Assembly (NCBI GenBank): GCA_000004695.1
Contig: CM000151.3
Span: forward strand, 5,088,001 to 5,152,000
DNA from: Dictyostelium discoideum
Lineage: Eukaryota
Direction: 5' to 3'
Length of the DNA: 64,000 bases
Position numbers and translations under genes: made by a program. Under the pieces are notes generated by a model. That model worked only from the letters and a program-made list of their open reading frames with translations. It had not been told where the DNA came from and did no database searches. This document shows positions 49,401-62,882 of the stretch, piece by piece (position 1 is the stretch's first letter; every line of letters begins with the position of its first letter).

Positions 49401-52400
49401 TAAGATTTGTTTCAATTTTAGTGAAACCACAATATATAATTAATGATTTAATTTCTTGTTCACTTTTAATTTCTAATGATTGTTTGAAATCATTTGCAAA
49501 TAAAAGATTGAATGATAATACACCCTTTGGTGGTTCCATTAAAATTAATTGACCTTTTGGTAATAATAATTTATAAAGTTTTGATAAAACTTCATTTGAA
49601 TCAATTGAGTTTGTTGAAACTAATAATAAAGAAGTTATAATTAAATCATAATTTGAATTTAAATAACCATTACTCTCTAAATCATCTTGTAAATCAAAAC
49701 TACGATATTTAATATTTAATACATTTGAAATCGATTTAGTTTCTTCTGTAATTGAATCAATATTTTTGGTATTTGATGGAATTGTATATTCAATTTCAAT
49801 ATTATTATTATTTGATAAATTAATTAGTAATTGATTTAATTGTAATAATAATAATTTTGAAAGTTGATAATTTTGATAGATACTTGATAAATCAATTATT
49901 TTAATTAATTTCTTTTCGCCAATTTCAATTGAATTAATTAATCTATCAAATGAATTTACAATTGTTTTTGAAATTAATTGATTTTGATTTGAAATGAATT
50001 GAGAATTTGAGAAATTAAATGGTTCATTATTTAATTGATTAATTGTTTCTTCATTATTAGTATCATCATCAGCATCGTCAGAAGAGGCAGCATTATTCTT
50101 TGAAGAACAATTGTTTGAATTATTTCTTGGTGTATCATTTGGTGAACTTGGGTTACTTGGTGAAAAATGTTCACTTTCACCACCTTTTAATAATGAAACA
50201 ATACGTTTGATTGATTTTTCAACTAATTTAATTTCATTTTTAAATGATGATTTTACAATAATTGCTTGTTTTAAACTAGTTATATCAATTGATTGATCTA
50301 ATGAGTCTATTGGGTTTAAAATTGATTGAATCTTTTCTAATAGTTTTGCATTTTTTGAACCAATATCTAAAGTATCTACTGTTGAAGTTTTATAATCGAA
50401 TTCTATAAATTCAGATTTTATTGATTGGTTTAATAATCTAATTAAATAATAATTAAATAATTTATCATTTAATAATTTTTCAAAATTAATTTTAGATTCT
50501 GATGATTTCTCTTCAATTAATTGATTTTCAATTAAAGTTAATGGTGAATCTTTTGATTGCCAATGGTGTGAATAAACATTTTGTGAAGGATATTTAATTG
50601 ATTGTTTCTTTAAACGTATTAATGATGTACATTTAACATTTTTAATTGAAATTAATAATGTACCATCTTCTAATATGATATTAAGAGAACCATGAGTAGA
50701 ATTACCTTCAATTTTATCGAATTTAGCAAAGGCATAAATGAATTGAGGTCTTGTTGAAGGTACATTTGAAGAATAGAATTTCATATCTTGTAAACGATCG
50801 AAAACAATCTCTTGTGGACCTTCACTGAGTACTAATAAACCATGGAATGCACAATCAATAATTGAAGGATTTAAGAAATCTTTGTCAAACTCTGAACAAG
50901 GTGACATTGAAAGTTTAAAGAATGAACATCCATCACCAATTGAACATGATTCAACTCTTTGGAAAGTTGGACCATATGGTAAACTTAATAACAATAGCTT
51001 ATTGTAAACTTCAGACTTTGTAAGGGTGGTAAATGAACATTGACTTTTAAGTTTTTCAATATCCAATTTATTATTCTTTGGATTATGTTTGAATAATCCA
51101 ATACGACCATTTGAAGTTTTAGTCCATTTAGTTGAGTTTCTATTATCCTTTATAAAGAATTCAACTTTAAATTCACCCTTGGTAGTTGGTGTAATTGAAG
51201 TTTGTAAATGATGTTGAACACCATCTTTCAAAAAGAATGGATTTGAAAATTCTAAATTGAAAATGGTAATATCTTGACCATTGAATTGACGAAGAATATT
51301 ATCAATATAACCAGAACCCGGGAAAAGATATTTACCTTTAATTTTATGACCTTTTAGATATTGATGAGCAGATTTATCAATATCAATAAATAATTCCATT
51401 AAAGTATTACCTGCAAATTGATCATGACCTAATAAATTATTTGATGGACCACGTTTTACCATTTTACTTTGGTTTGGTTCATCCCAATATTCCTCAAAAT
51501 CCCATTGGTATCTTGGTAATTTATTTGTTGATTCTTTAAATGATGATATATCGCCACCTCCGGATGAAGAAGAAGTTGGTAATAATTGTTGACCACTTGC
51601 AAAATCAATTTCAACACCATTACAATATAGAGTTGAAATTGCTAATTTAAATTGTGTTAATTCTTCTTTCTTTTTATGTAATGGTGATACTATAATTGGT
51701 TTTGAAGTTATTGTTGAATTTGATGGTTTACATTTTGGAATGTAAAAACCTAAAGTTGGATGAGGACCAATCTCTAAAAAGATTGCATTCTTGTATGATT
51801 CATTTTCTTCAATGAAATTGAAAATGTTTGAAATGGCTTTGGTGAATTCAACAGGCATACGTAAATTATCATAAATGTATTGAACATTGTAGAAACCTTT
51901 ATGAGATAATTGTGAACCAGTAATTGTTGAAAAGAATGGTACACATGGTACATTTGATTCTGGTAAATCTGATAAATCTTTGAATATCTTTTCTTTAATC
52001 ATTTCTTGTTTTGATGAGTGGAAAGAACATGGTGTACCTAAGAAAGCACAAAAAACACCTTCAGCTGATAGTGTCGATTTAGCACCTAGCAAATCTTGTT
52101 CAGAACCAGTAATAACAATTGAATTTGGATCATTATAACAAGCTATTTCAATTTCTGGATATAATAAAGCACATTTTTCAAGATAAGCATCAGCACCGAT
52201 ACCAATTGATAATAATCTACCAGTTCCCATTGTTAAATTTTGAGCTAAGCCTCTATAGTAAACGATTTTAACAGCAGTTTCTAAACTGATGACATCAGAG
52301 AATAAAGCGGATGGAATTTCACCAAAACTATGACCAACTACAATTGATGGTGAAATACCAAATGATTTATAAAGTGCGACTAAACCAACTTGAATTAAGA

Positions 52401-53930
52401 AAATACTTGGTTGTGCTAAAATTGGATGATGAATTTCTGGTGAATCTTCACTTTCTAATGAAAGTAACTTTTGGAGTATAGAATATCCAAAATAATTAGC
52501 AAGTAATTTATCACAATGATCAATGGCATCTTTAAATACTGATTCAGTTTCATATAATGCTTTACCCATATCTCTCCATTGTGGGCCTTGACCAGTGAAA
52601 ACATAAATGACTGGAGTTGATGAAGCTGGTGCTGAAATTGTTGAAGTCAATGATGAAGTTGATGTAGTTTCATTTCTTTTATTTAAAAAGTCATCCCAAT
52701 CGGAAGCTGTTATAACTTTTCTCTTTATTAAATTTGATTTTGAAATTGTTTGATGTTTTACAAAATCTTTAAATAATATTGTATCTTTATAAATAGATTG
52801 GTTTGAAATTAATTTCTCTATATATTTATCTAATGAAATATTACAATTTGCTGAAAATGGTATTAAATATTCTTTTTTATCATCATTTGAAGAAGAGGAT
52901 GTAGAGTTATTATTTGTTGTTTTCAATAATTCATCATAATTAATTGGTGCTTCACTTAGAATCATATGACAATTTGAACCAGATAGACCAAAACAATTAA
53001 TACCCATATTAATTAATTTATTGATTGGGAACTGGATTTCATCAGTGACTACACGAATATTCCAATCTTCGAATTTGATTAATGGATTTGGTTTTTCAAA
53101 ATGAATATTTGGAACTAATGAACGATTTTTTAAAGAGAGTGCAACTTTGATTAATGATGCAATACCGGCAGCACTTTCAAGATGACCAATGTTGCTTTTA
53201 ACTGAACCAATGTACAATGGAGCATCGGGTGTATGATTATCTTTGAATATTCTTGATATTGCTTCAATTTCAATCGGATCACCAACTGGTGTACCAGTAC
53301 CATGAGCTTCTATATAATAGATATCTGATGGGTTTACACCAGATTTCTTTAAAGCAATTTCAATGTTTTCACCTTGAGCCTTCATTGATGGTTGAATGAT
53401 ATTGGTCTTTGCATTGTATCCATCAACATTTGAACTACCACCTTTGATAACACAATAAATACGGTCACCATCTTTAATTGCATCTGAATATTTCTTTAGG
53501 ATACAAACACCACCACCTTCACTACGAATGTAACCATCAGCACCAGCATCGAATGATCTACATTGACCTTTATGTCCTAACATATTTAATCCAGAGAATG
53601 TCATTGAAAAACATGGATCGAAAATACCATTGACACCACCAACAATTGCCATCTTACTATCACCATTTGCAATGGCTTGGCAACCAAGATAAACTGCGTT
53701 CAATGATGATGAACATGCTGTATCAAGTGTCATTGATGGGCCACGTAAATCAAAACTAAAACTTAAACGATTTGATATAAATGATCCTGCAGTACCAGGA
53801 GTTATATAAGGATTCACATATGATATATCTCTGAATTGACATCTTTGATAATCAGTATTCATCATACCAATAAATACTGCTGTATCTGATCCACGAAATG
53901 TTGATGGTTTAATATTTGCATCTTCAAATG
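46435..53930 (-). CDS. polyketide synthase copy B, exon 2 of 2 (about 2604 aa total), near-identical inverted paralog of copy A
   Basis: Track ORF 46435..53865 extended to acceptor AG (plus-strand ct, 53931-53932). Same KS-AT-DH-MT-like-ER-KR-ACP order. About 95-97% aa identity to copy A, with differences such as [15 protein letters not shown] versus [15 protein letters not shown] and a 1-aa indel. Confidence 0.9.
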
Positions 53931-53938
53931 CTTTTTTT

Positions 53939-53978
<40 letters not shown>

Positions 53979-54036
53979 CTTTTTAATTTATAATATTTAA
54001 TTATTATTATTATTATTATTTATAATTATTATATAC

Positions 54037-54355
54037 CTTCCCAAAGTGTTGTCATTAAAAGACGTTGTTGTGGATCAATAATTGGTGCTTCTTTTGGTGA
54101 AATACCAAAAAATAATGGATCAAAATTTTTCCATTCTTCATCTTTTAAGACACCACCATATTCGTTATTTATATATTTTTGTTCATAAAAAGATCTTGAC
54201 CACTTTTCTGTAGGAATCTTTGAAATACCATCCATTTTGTTTGATAATTGATTCCAAAATTGATACGGATTATTTCCACCACCTGGAAAACGGAAACCCA
54301 TACCAATAATGGCAATATCATCATTATTTTCATCTTTAATATTATTAAATGTCAT
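54037..54355 (-). CDS. polyketide synthase copy B, exon 1 of 2
   Basis: Track ORF 54029..54355 ([26 protein letters not shown]..). Donor GTATAT (plus-strand 54031-54036) after TGG GAA G, mirroring copy A. Confidence 0.9.
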
Positions 54356-54610
54356 TTTTAAATAGTTATAAACTATTATTATTATCTAAGGATTTTTTTT
54401 TAAAAAATTTGACTGGTTTAAAATTAAATTTAATATAGAAAAAAAAAAAAAAAAGGAATTTGATTTTTTTTATAAACTAAAAACAAAAGTTGGAAAAAAT
54501 AAATTTACTAATTTAAATATTGAATGAAATTTAGTATAATTTTTATTTTTTTATTTAATTTATAATATTTTGAAAAAAAAAAAATTTTGATGGAGATTTG
54601 TGTTATTAGT

Positions 54611-54660
<50 letters not shown>

Positions 54661-55835
54661 CTCCTTTGGGGAGATTTTTATAAACAAATAGAGAGAAAAA
54701 TAATAATAGTTGACAATGCGACATCAATTTTGGGTGACAAAAGTGTTATGTTTTTTAAAGGTATTTCATATCGTATTGGTTGTTGAGGCTGATTTCACTA
54801 AAATTAGTTGACTTTATGTTGGAGTTGATAACTAGGCGAAGATTGTGGTGATTGTGGTGGGATTACTTTAATATTTAATTATTAATAAAAATCTTTTAGT
54901 AATTAAAATATATAAACATAAGTTTATAAAATGGTGCCCCTAAAGAAATTTAATTTAATTTGAAAATAATTAAAAATAATAATTTGCAGACAAACTCCAT
55001 TTTACAATATATTAAATAAATTGGTAAAATCCTATTTAATACATTAATATTTATTAAAATAAACTATAAGTTAAATTTAATACAAAAAAAATTAAGTTAA
55101 TAAACTGTACTTTTTAAAAATAAATAATTATACATATGGAACAAAATGATATATTGAATTAATTTTATTTATCAATGTGTTTAAGAAATGAATTATTATA
55201 TTTTTTTAGTTAATATAATTAATAAATTTAATAAGTTAATAGTATAAATAGTGTTTTATAAATAAATAATTGTAACTAAACAATTCAATTAATTATTAAT
55301 TGTTTTTACTTTAAAAATAAAATAAAAATTATTTTATACATAAATAAAAAGAACAAAATAAAAATAACTTTTAAATAAATTATTAACTTTAAATTTACAA
55401 TAGGAGAATATGTTGTTATAATTTTTATAAAAATAAAATAATAAAATTGAAAATAAAAAAAAAAATGTTATTTATTATTTTTTATTTTTTTTTTTAATTT
55501 CCCATATATACTAAACAAAAAAAATAGATGCAAAAAAATAAAAAAATATAATAAAAAAATAAAAGAATAAAAAAAATAAAATATACCTGGCAAACGGACA
55601 ATATAACCATTATAAAAAAAACCTTTATTATTATTTTTTTTTTATTGATATTATTATAAAAAAAAAAAAAAAAAAACAGTTTTAAAATAAATTATTTTTT
55701 ACATTTATTTATATACATTTTTACTTGTTTTTTGGTAGTAAATATTTGGATTGTGAATTTTAATGGAAGAAATTTAAATATATAGAATAAAGGAAAACAT
55801 TTAAAAAAATAGTAAAGATGAAAATGGACTACAGA

Positions 55836-56717
55836 TTATTTTTTTGGTTTATTCCAAAAAGTTTTTTTGGTGGGAGAAGAAGGTGCCGGAATTGAAGAAT
55901 TTGAATTTGAAGTTAAAGAAGAAGATGTTGGAATATCTAAAGATTTGGGAGAGGTACTTGGTGATTTTTCAAAAACTAAAGTTTCTTGGGCAAAGGAAAG
56001 TTTTGCTTCCATACGTGGGTTTTGAAGAAATTGAGAAGTTGGTGGTTGTTTAGTTGATGATGATGACGATGAGGGTTGGTGAACCAAATTACTTTGTTGT
56101 GAACTAAATCTTGTGAGTTCTTCAAACTTTTTAATGATTGCTTTAGTTGAATTTTTAATATCCAAACTTCTTGACCTTCTGTGGGAAACAGTATCACCAC
56201 CACCATCATTGGTTTCTGATTTATTTTCATCCTCATCTTTTGGAGTTGTAATTTTAATCTGTTCTATATTTTGATTAGTACTGGTTGGAGTGGTAGGAGA
56301 GGATTTAATTGTTGTTGAGGTTGCTGTTGTAGGTGTTGTTGCTGTAGTTGCTGCAACTGTCACTGATTCATTTGATTTGTGTAATGGTTGTATTTGTTTA
56401 TTTACTGGAGTTGTAACTTTTTGAGGTGCATTTATAAGAGTAGTTGGTTGAGTGGTTGTTTTATTTTGATTTACTATAGTTGAGGATGGTTTTACGATAT
56501 CATTAAAATTATTATTTGAATTTGAAATGACCACAGTGGGTTTTGGAGGGTTTGAATTTGATCTTGATTTTGGTTGAGCAGTGGCAGTTGATGTTACAAT
56601 TCTTGAAGGTATTGTTATTACCCTCTGGCTTGTTGATGGATTAATTGTTGTTGGAACTTTATAGGTTGATTGTGGTGGTTTCCCAATTGATGATAATGAT
56701 GATGAAGATGTTGTTGC

Positions 56718-56748
<31 letters not shown>

Positions 56749-57555
56749 GGTAGAGATGTTGAATTCGTAGTTACTTTTGAATTGGTGGACGATGAAGATG
56801 TTGTTGTTGCTGTTGCTGTTGTTGTAGTAGTTGTTGTTGTTAAAGGTGTAGGATTTGTAATTACTTTTGCAGTTGATTTAAAACTTAAATTTGAATCTGA
56901 ATCTGGATTATATGGTCTTGGGAAACTATATTTTGGATCTTCTAATAAAGATTTTTCATTATTATTATTATTTTTATTATTATTATTTTCTTCACTTTCA
57001 GGATTCCAAGGTCTTGGGAAAGATAAAAGTTCAGTTTCATTAAAGGAAATGATTTTACTTGATTGATAAGGTCTTGGGAAAGAAAATTTAGAATAGTTTA
57101 ATTGAGATTTCAATTGTTTCATTTCATCCTCTTCATTATCATCGCCACCTTCTAAATCATGTTCAAGTTGATCCTTTTGAGATACTACTAATGGTTCCTC
57201 TTCACCTCTATCATTTAAAATTACAACAGATGTTTGGTGTGGTCTTGGGAATGAAAAGTGTGAATCATTGTTGTTATTACTATTATTATTATTGTTATTT
57301 ACACAACCATTAATATTTGATTGTCCTGGTTGATATGGTCTTGGGAATGAAAAGTGAGATTCATCATTACTATTGTTATTATTTACACCACCATTAATAT
57401 TTGATTGTCCTGGTTGATATGGTCTTGGGAATGAAAAATGTGAATCATCATTACCATTGTTATTTATATTATCAACGGCAGAATCATCAGGTTGATATGG
57501 TCTTGGAAATGAAAAATCATCATATATATTACCACTATTTCCAAGATTATTATTA

Positions 57556-57587
<32 letters not shown>

Positions 57588-58034
57588 GTTATTGTTATTG
57601 TTATTATTATTATTATTGTTATTATTATTATTATTATTGTTATTATTATTATTATTATTTTTATTATTATTATTTTTTTCATTTAATGGTAAATGTAATT
57701 CAGGTGGTTTAAAACTTCTAAGTGGTGGTTCGTAATCACCTCCAGAATTTACAATTAATTCACTTTCCAGTATGTATTCTAATAAACCAAGGATATTTGA
57801 AGCAGATGGTCTACCTGATGGTGCAACTTTACAACATTCGGATACTAAACGTAATAATTCCTTTGGACAATCTGCTGGTACTTTTGAAAGGAAAAACTTT
57901 TGATCAACACCTAAATCTTCATTCCTAATTCTTGGTGTTAAATTCTCTCTTGTAATTAATTCAATTAAAACCATACCAAATGAAAACACATCACAAGATG
58001 CATCATATTCTTCACCTATTAATACTTCAGGTGC
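55836..58034 (-). CDS. TKL-group protein kinase, exon 3 of 3 (C-lobe APEVL.., then a roughly 600-aa low-complexity tail with 7 tandem FSFPRPYQP-type repeats; stop 55836-55838)
   Basis: Acceptor tatag (plus-strand ct, 58035-58036). APEVLIGEEYDASCDVFSFGMVLIELITREN. Contains track ORF 55836..57989. Confidence 0.8.
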
Positions 58035-58116
58035 CTATAATAATAATTAATTTTATATAAAATATGTGAATATGTGGACAAAAAGAGTTTTTTTTAAAAA
58101 AAAAAAAAAATCTTAC

Positions 58117-58453
58117 CATCCAATCATCAGTACCACAAATTGTCATTTTTGATTTTTCAGATTTATCCATTTTTCTAGCTAAACCCATATCGCATACTTT
58201 AATAACCCAATTCTCAGCAACTAATAGATTGGTTGATTTTAAATCCCTATGAATAACGCCATTCTCGTGTAAATATGCCATTGATGCTGCTATATCTCTT
58301 GCAATCTTTACCTTTAATTTCCATGTAATATCAATACTTTTATTTTTTATATACCAATGTAAATCACCACCTGATACTAACTCTGTTAATAAAAATAATG
58401 ATCTCTCTTTTTCTGCTATTCCATAGAATTTAATTACATTTGGATGTGATAAC
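58117..58453 (-). CDS. TKL-group protein kinase, exon 2 of 3 (HRDLKSTN catalytic loop, DMG variant of DFG)
   Basis: Acceptor acag (plus-strand ct, 58454-58455). LSHPNVIKFYGIAEKERSLFLLTELVSGGDLHWYI..AYLHENGVIHRDLKSTNLLVAENWVIKVCDMGLAR..GTDDWM. GTAAGA donor after ATG (plus-strand 58111-58116). Includes track ORF 58027..58281. Confidence 0.75.
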
Positions 58454-58551
58454 CTGTATTTGTTTTATTTACAATATTATTAATAATCTAAAACTTTTTA
58501 TATTCATTTTTTTTTTTTTTTTTTTTTTATAAATTGAATTTGAAAACAAAC

Positions 58552-58781
58552 ATTTTTAAAGTATAAATTTCTCTTTCTAAAAATTTAAGTAATATATCTC
58601 TGTTTGGGTCATTATCAGAGATTGTAATCTTTTTGATTCCAATCTCTTTTCCATTTAAAACACCTTGATATACTTTTCCAAAACCGCCACTCCCTATAAT
58701 TGATAAAGGATCAAATTTAATTTCATCATAGTCAACAATCCTTGACATTCTCTTATTAGAGTCTTGAAAAAGTTTAGACAT
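58552..58781 (-). CDS. TKL-group protein kinase, exon 1 of 3 (glycine loop GSGGFGKVYQG, VAIK-type Lys)
   Basis: ATG at 58781. MSKLFQDSNKRMSRIVDYDEIKFDPLSIIGSGGFGKVYQGVLNGKEIGIKKI... Proposed non-canonical GTTTGT donor (plus-strand 58546-58551). Phase-2 end. The exact donor is uncertain. Confidence 0.6.
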
Positions 58782-59274
58782 TTTTTTTTTTTCTTTCTTT
58801 GTTTTTTTTTCTATATGAATCTGTGTAATATCTAAAACTTTATTTTTTTTTTTTTTTTATATGAACCTGATTTTTTTATTTTTATTTTTATTATTTTTTT
58901 TTTTTATTAGTTTAAAATTACAACGTTGTTATTTACAAAGGGAAAAAAAAAAAGAAAAAATAAAATAAAATAAAAAAAAAAAAAAAGAAAAGAAAAGAAA
59001 AAAAAAAAAAATATGGTGGTTGAAATTAAATTTAAAAATAAAAAATTAAAAATAAAAATTAAAAAAAAAAAAAAAAAAATTAAAAAAAAACAAACCCCTA
59101 CCACACAATCAAAATCAGATGTAACTCGAGATCTATTTTTATTTTATTTTCAAATTAAAAAAGAAAAAAAAGCTGTGGTAAAAAAAAAAAAAACAACAAC
59201 AACAAAAATAAAACCAAATCGTATAATTCAATATTTTAACCCATTTATTTGATTTCTATGAAAACAATAATTTT

Positions 59275-59307
<33 letters not shown>

Positions 59308-59675
59308 CAAAGCAGGATTTTTTTTCCATTACCAAAAATTAATAAAAAAAAAAAAATCTAAAAAAATTAATTACAAAGTAGTTGGTTGTAAATATAATTA
59401 TTAATTTATATTTTTAAAATTAAAAAAAAAAAATTATCGCCCAGTTTGAATTTTAAAACCAATTTTATTGAACAAAAAGATATTTTACATCATATATTTT
59501 AAAATATTTATAATTGGGTGGTAATTTTGATCATCGGATATTGGGAGAAATAAATAAAAAAAAAAAAAAAAAAAAAATAATGTAATTTTGAATATATTAT
59601 TTAAATAAAATTTTTTTTTTATTATTTACAAGTTTTTTTTAATATTATTTTTATAATTATTTAAAATTATGGGTA

Positions 59676-60224
59676 TTAATTAATATTTATTTTAAAAGAA
59701 GAATTTGATAGATCAGATTTCTTATTGATTGTGATTATTAATAGACCATTTTCAAAATTTGATTTAATAGTTGATAAATCTAATTGATATAAAATACTAG
59801 TTAAATCCAAACATCTTTTAAAATTACCAAATGATCTCTCTGATAAATATTTTCTAAATTCTTTTTTATTCTCTTCTATTAAAGGTAGCTCATTGTTTGT
59901 TTTGGTTTTATCTGAGTGTTGTTGTTGTTGTTGTTTGTAATTATTATTGATTTTCTTTTCACCTTGAATGGTTAGAATCGAATCTTTAATATCGATTTCG
60001 ATATTATCTTTTGAAATACCTGCTAATTCAGTTTCAATTATTATGTTGTTATCTGTGATTGTAACATCCATTGATGGTATAATATCAATTCTTTTAATGC
60101 TGTTATTTCTAAAATTATTATTATTATTATTATTATTTGATTTTAGTCTTTTACATGAATAATAATTTGAATGGTTATTATTTTTATTATTAATTGAATT
60201 TAAAATATCGAAAATTGTTGCCAT
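59676..60224 (-). CDS. small heat-shock protein (HSP20/alpha-crystallin domain)
   Basis: 182 aa. ..[68 protein letters not shown] is an ACD-like beta-sandwich pattern. Dictyostelium has a large sHSP family. Confidence 0.75.
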   Translation of the reverse strand: MATIFDILNSINNKNNNHSNYYSCKRLKSNNNNNNNNFRNNSIKRIDIIPSMDVTITDNNIIIETELAGISKDNIEIDIKDSILTIQGEKKINNNYKQQQQQHSDKTKTNNELPLIEENKKEFRKYLSERSFGNFKRCLDLTSILYQLDLSTIKSNFENGLLIITINKKSDLSNSSFKININ

Positions 60225-60479
60225 TTTTTTTTATTTTATTTTATTTTAATTTATTTTAATTTATTTTATTTTATTTTATTTGTTATTATTTTGTTTTGTT
60301 ATGGTTGTATTAAAAAAAAAAAAAAAAAAAAAAGTATTTATACTTTAAAAAAAAAAAAAAAACAAATTCTTTTTTTCAAAGAAACTAAGAGAGATTCATT
60401 GTTTATGTTTATGAAATTCCTTTTGTTTTGTGTGTGAAAAAATTTGAAATTTAAATGAAAAAAAAATGAAAAAGCTCAT

Positions 60480-60516
<37 letters not shown>

Positions 60517-60648
60517 ATTGGTAAAACTAAAAATCTATTAATAAATTTTGTAATTTTTTTTATTTCTTTTTATTTTTTTTATTTTTTTATTTAATTCTTT
60601 GTCATGATTATTTTTGTCTATTTTTGGATGTGTGTAAGTTTGAAATTT

Positions 60649-60702
<54 letters not shown>

Positions 60703-60705
60703 ATG

Positions 60706-60748
<43 letters not shown>

Positions 60749-60813
60749 TTTATCTTTTTATTAAATAGAAATATTTAAACTATCAACACCACCACTATAA
60801 TTATAAAAAAAAA

Positions 60814-61239
60814 ATGTCAAAAAATGGAGAAGCATTTATTTTAGATGATCGTGCAAGAGCACTTGCAAATTATCCACATATGAGAAAAGCAGGTGACTTT
60901 TTATTTGTATCAGGTATTTCATCACGTAGACCAGATAATACTTATGAAGGTGTTCATGTCGATGAAAATGGTAAAGTTACACTCAACATTGAACAACAAA
61001 CTAGAGCAGTCATTGAAAACATTAGAACCATCTTAAAATCAGCAGGAGCTGATCTCGAAAATATCATTGATCTCACTGTTTTCTTAGTAGATATGAAAGA
61101 TTACAATGGTTTCAATTTAGCATACAATGATTATTTCAAAATTGAAACTGGTCCAACTAGAACCACCGTTGCTGTTCATCAATTACCAAATCCAAATCTT
61201 TTAATTGAAATTAAAGCAACTGCATTATGTAATAAATAA
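60814..61239 (+). CDS. RidA/YjgF/UK114-family reactive-intermediate deaminase
   Basis: 141 aa. ..YPHMRKAGDFLFVSGISS..TRAVIENIRTILKSAGADLENIIDLTVFLVDMKDYNGFNLAYNDYFK..PTRTTVAVHQLPNPNLLIEIKATA is the RidA-fold signature. Confidence 0.85.
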   Translation: MSKNGEAFILDDRARALANYPHMRKAGDFLFVSGISSRRPDNTYEGVHVDENGKVTLNIEQQTRAVIENIRTILKSAGADLENIIDLTVFLVDMKDYNGFNLAYNDYFKIETGPTRTTVAVHQLPNPNLLIEIKATALCNK

Positions 61240-61605
61240 AATAGAAAATAAAATAAAATAAAATAAATAAAAAAAAAAAATAATATAAAATTATAAAAAA
61301 AAAATAAAAAAAAAATAAAAAAAAAATAAATAAAAAAAATAAAAAAATAGTTGTATGTGGATATTTATGTTTGTGTGTGTGTAAAATTAATATTAATAGT
61401 CCGTTTTTTTTTTTTTTTTTTTTTTTGTTTTTTTTTAATTCGTATTGAAATACCGTTTTTAATTATTAAAAACTAAAGGTGGTTATATATTTTTTTATTA
61501 TTTTTTTTATATGTAACCAGGGTTTGCAATGTTTTGAAATTTATGATTACATTTATATATTTATTTATTTTACCATTTTACTTAAAAATTTATATACCCC
61601 CTCAC

Positions 61606-61704
61606 CACACACTACCCCCCTTTATTAACTGTTTATTATTTTACTAACCATTGAAAAAAATTTTATAAAAACACCACACAAACACCATACAAACCCACAC
61701 ATAA
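61606..61704. promoter_or_regulatory. C/CA-rich elements (ccccctcaccacacactacccccc; acaccacacaaacaccatacaaacccacacataac), the reverse complement of G-box-like motifs, 300-400 bp upstream of the PRT-domain gene
   Basis: Direct inspection. Same motif class as above on the opposite strand. Confidence 0.25.
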
Positions 61705-62000
61705 CTTAATTATTTGAAATAATTATTTGATTCTTGAAAATTTACGTTTTCTTGATACTATTATTAGCAAATCATTTAAACTTAAAGTTTGTAATTGTTA
61801 AATAATAAAGAAAAAAAATTAAAAAAATTAAAAAAATTATAAATAGATATATTTTTAAAAAAAAAGCCCATTCAAATAAAATCCAATTTCCAATTAAAAC
61901 CCATACAAAAAATATTACAATATTTAAAATTCTAAAAACCCAATAAAAATAAAAAAACCAAAAATAAAAAAAATAAAATTAAAATAAAAATAAAAAAAAA

Positions 62001-62302
62001 ATGATTTATACTTGTTTTTCATATAACCATAATTCAAAAGGAAAAGAAAATCTAGAAATTGATAATTATAATAAATTATTAATATTAAAAGGTTATTCTA
62101 ATATTAAAACTACTATTGAAAAACGAAATAAAGCAATTTCTACAATAAAATCGTTATTTGAAGAAAAATTAAAAGAAATTGAATCAATAAATGGAAACAT
62201 TGATTACATATTAGTATTACCAGGTCATCGTATTGGTTATTCAACTTTTCAATATAGTATAAATAAATTCTATCAAAACGATATCGAACAACAACAACAA
62301 CC

Positions 62303-62339
<37 letters not shown>

Positions 62340-62633
62340 GTACCAGAAATTAAAAAAAAGTTTTTATATGTTAAAAGAATTAAACAAACTGAACAACAAA
62401 AGAAAGAAGGATTTCGTTCGAAATTATCAGATAAAGAAGAGATAAAGTCTGTTTTATTACCAATCGAATTAAATAATAAATTCAATTTAGAAGGTAAATC
62501 AATTTTACTATTGGATGATGCAACAACAACTGGTAGAACTTTAAAAATATATGAAAAAAATTTAAAAAAATTATGTAAAAATAATAATATTAATGTTAAA
62601 ATTATAAAATTAGCAATTACAAAAACAATTTAA
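62001..62633 (+). CDS. small protein with C-terminal type-I phosphoribosyltransferase (PRT) motif, ComF/GntX-like
   Basis: 210 aa. PRT nucleotide-binding motif SILLLDDATTTGRTLK (hydrophobic stretch, DD, TTG, T) near the C-terminus. Internal poly-Gln. No other recognisable domain. Confidence 0.55.
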
Positions 62634-62711
62634 ATCGAAAATCCATATAAAAAAAAAAAAAAAATCATTATTATTATAAAGGTACACGATAAATAATAAA
62701 AAAAATAAAAA

Positions 62712-62851
62712 TTATTCCGAATTTATTGAAATTACATTATCCCCTGATTTAATAGCTTCTAATTTAATATAATCACTATTTGTTTTCTTTGAAATTATAT
62801 TTTTTAGTAAATTAATACCACCACCACTACCACCACTAGTTGTTTTTGTTG

Positions 62852-62882
<31 letters not shown>

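Larger units (their letters stand above)
45113..54445. repeat. arm B of the inverted segmental duplication (functional NAA15 exons 6-7 plus PKS copy B)
   Basis: See arm A. The two arms are about 14 kb apart and face each other tail-to-tail. Confidence 0.85.

Noticed and set aside
54701-54860. Island of normal G+C content (..gacaatgcgacatcaattttgggtgacaaaagtgttatg..ggcgaagattgtggtgattgtggtggg..) between PKS copy B and the kinase gene
   Set aside because: No open frame with splice signals. No tRNA-like cloverleaf or A/B box that I could fold by eye. Possibly a regulatory or transposon remnant, with no evidence for either. A scan of all G/C-rich intergenic islands found no tRNA or rRNA genes in the window.
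60225-60480. Heat-shock-element search upstream of the sHSP gene
   Set aside because: Only imperfect GAAnnTCC and scattered GAA units (for example tatgaaattcc at about 60409). No canonical nGAAnnTTCnnGAAn array. Not reported as a feature.
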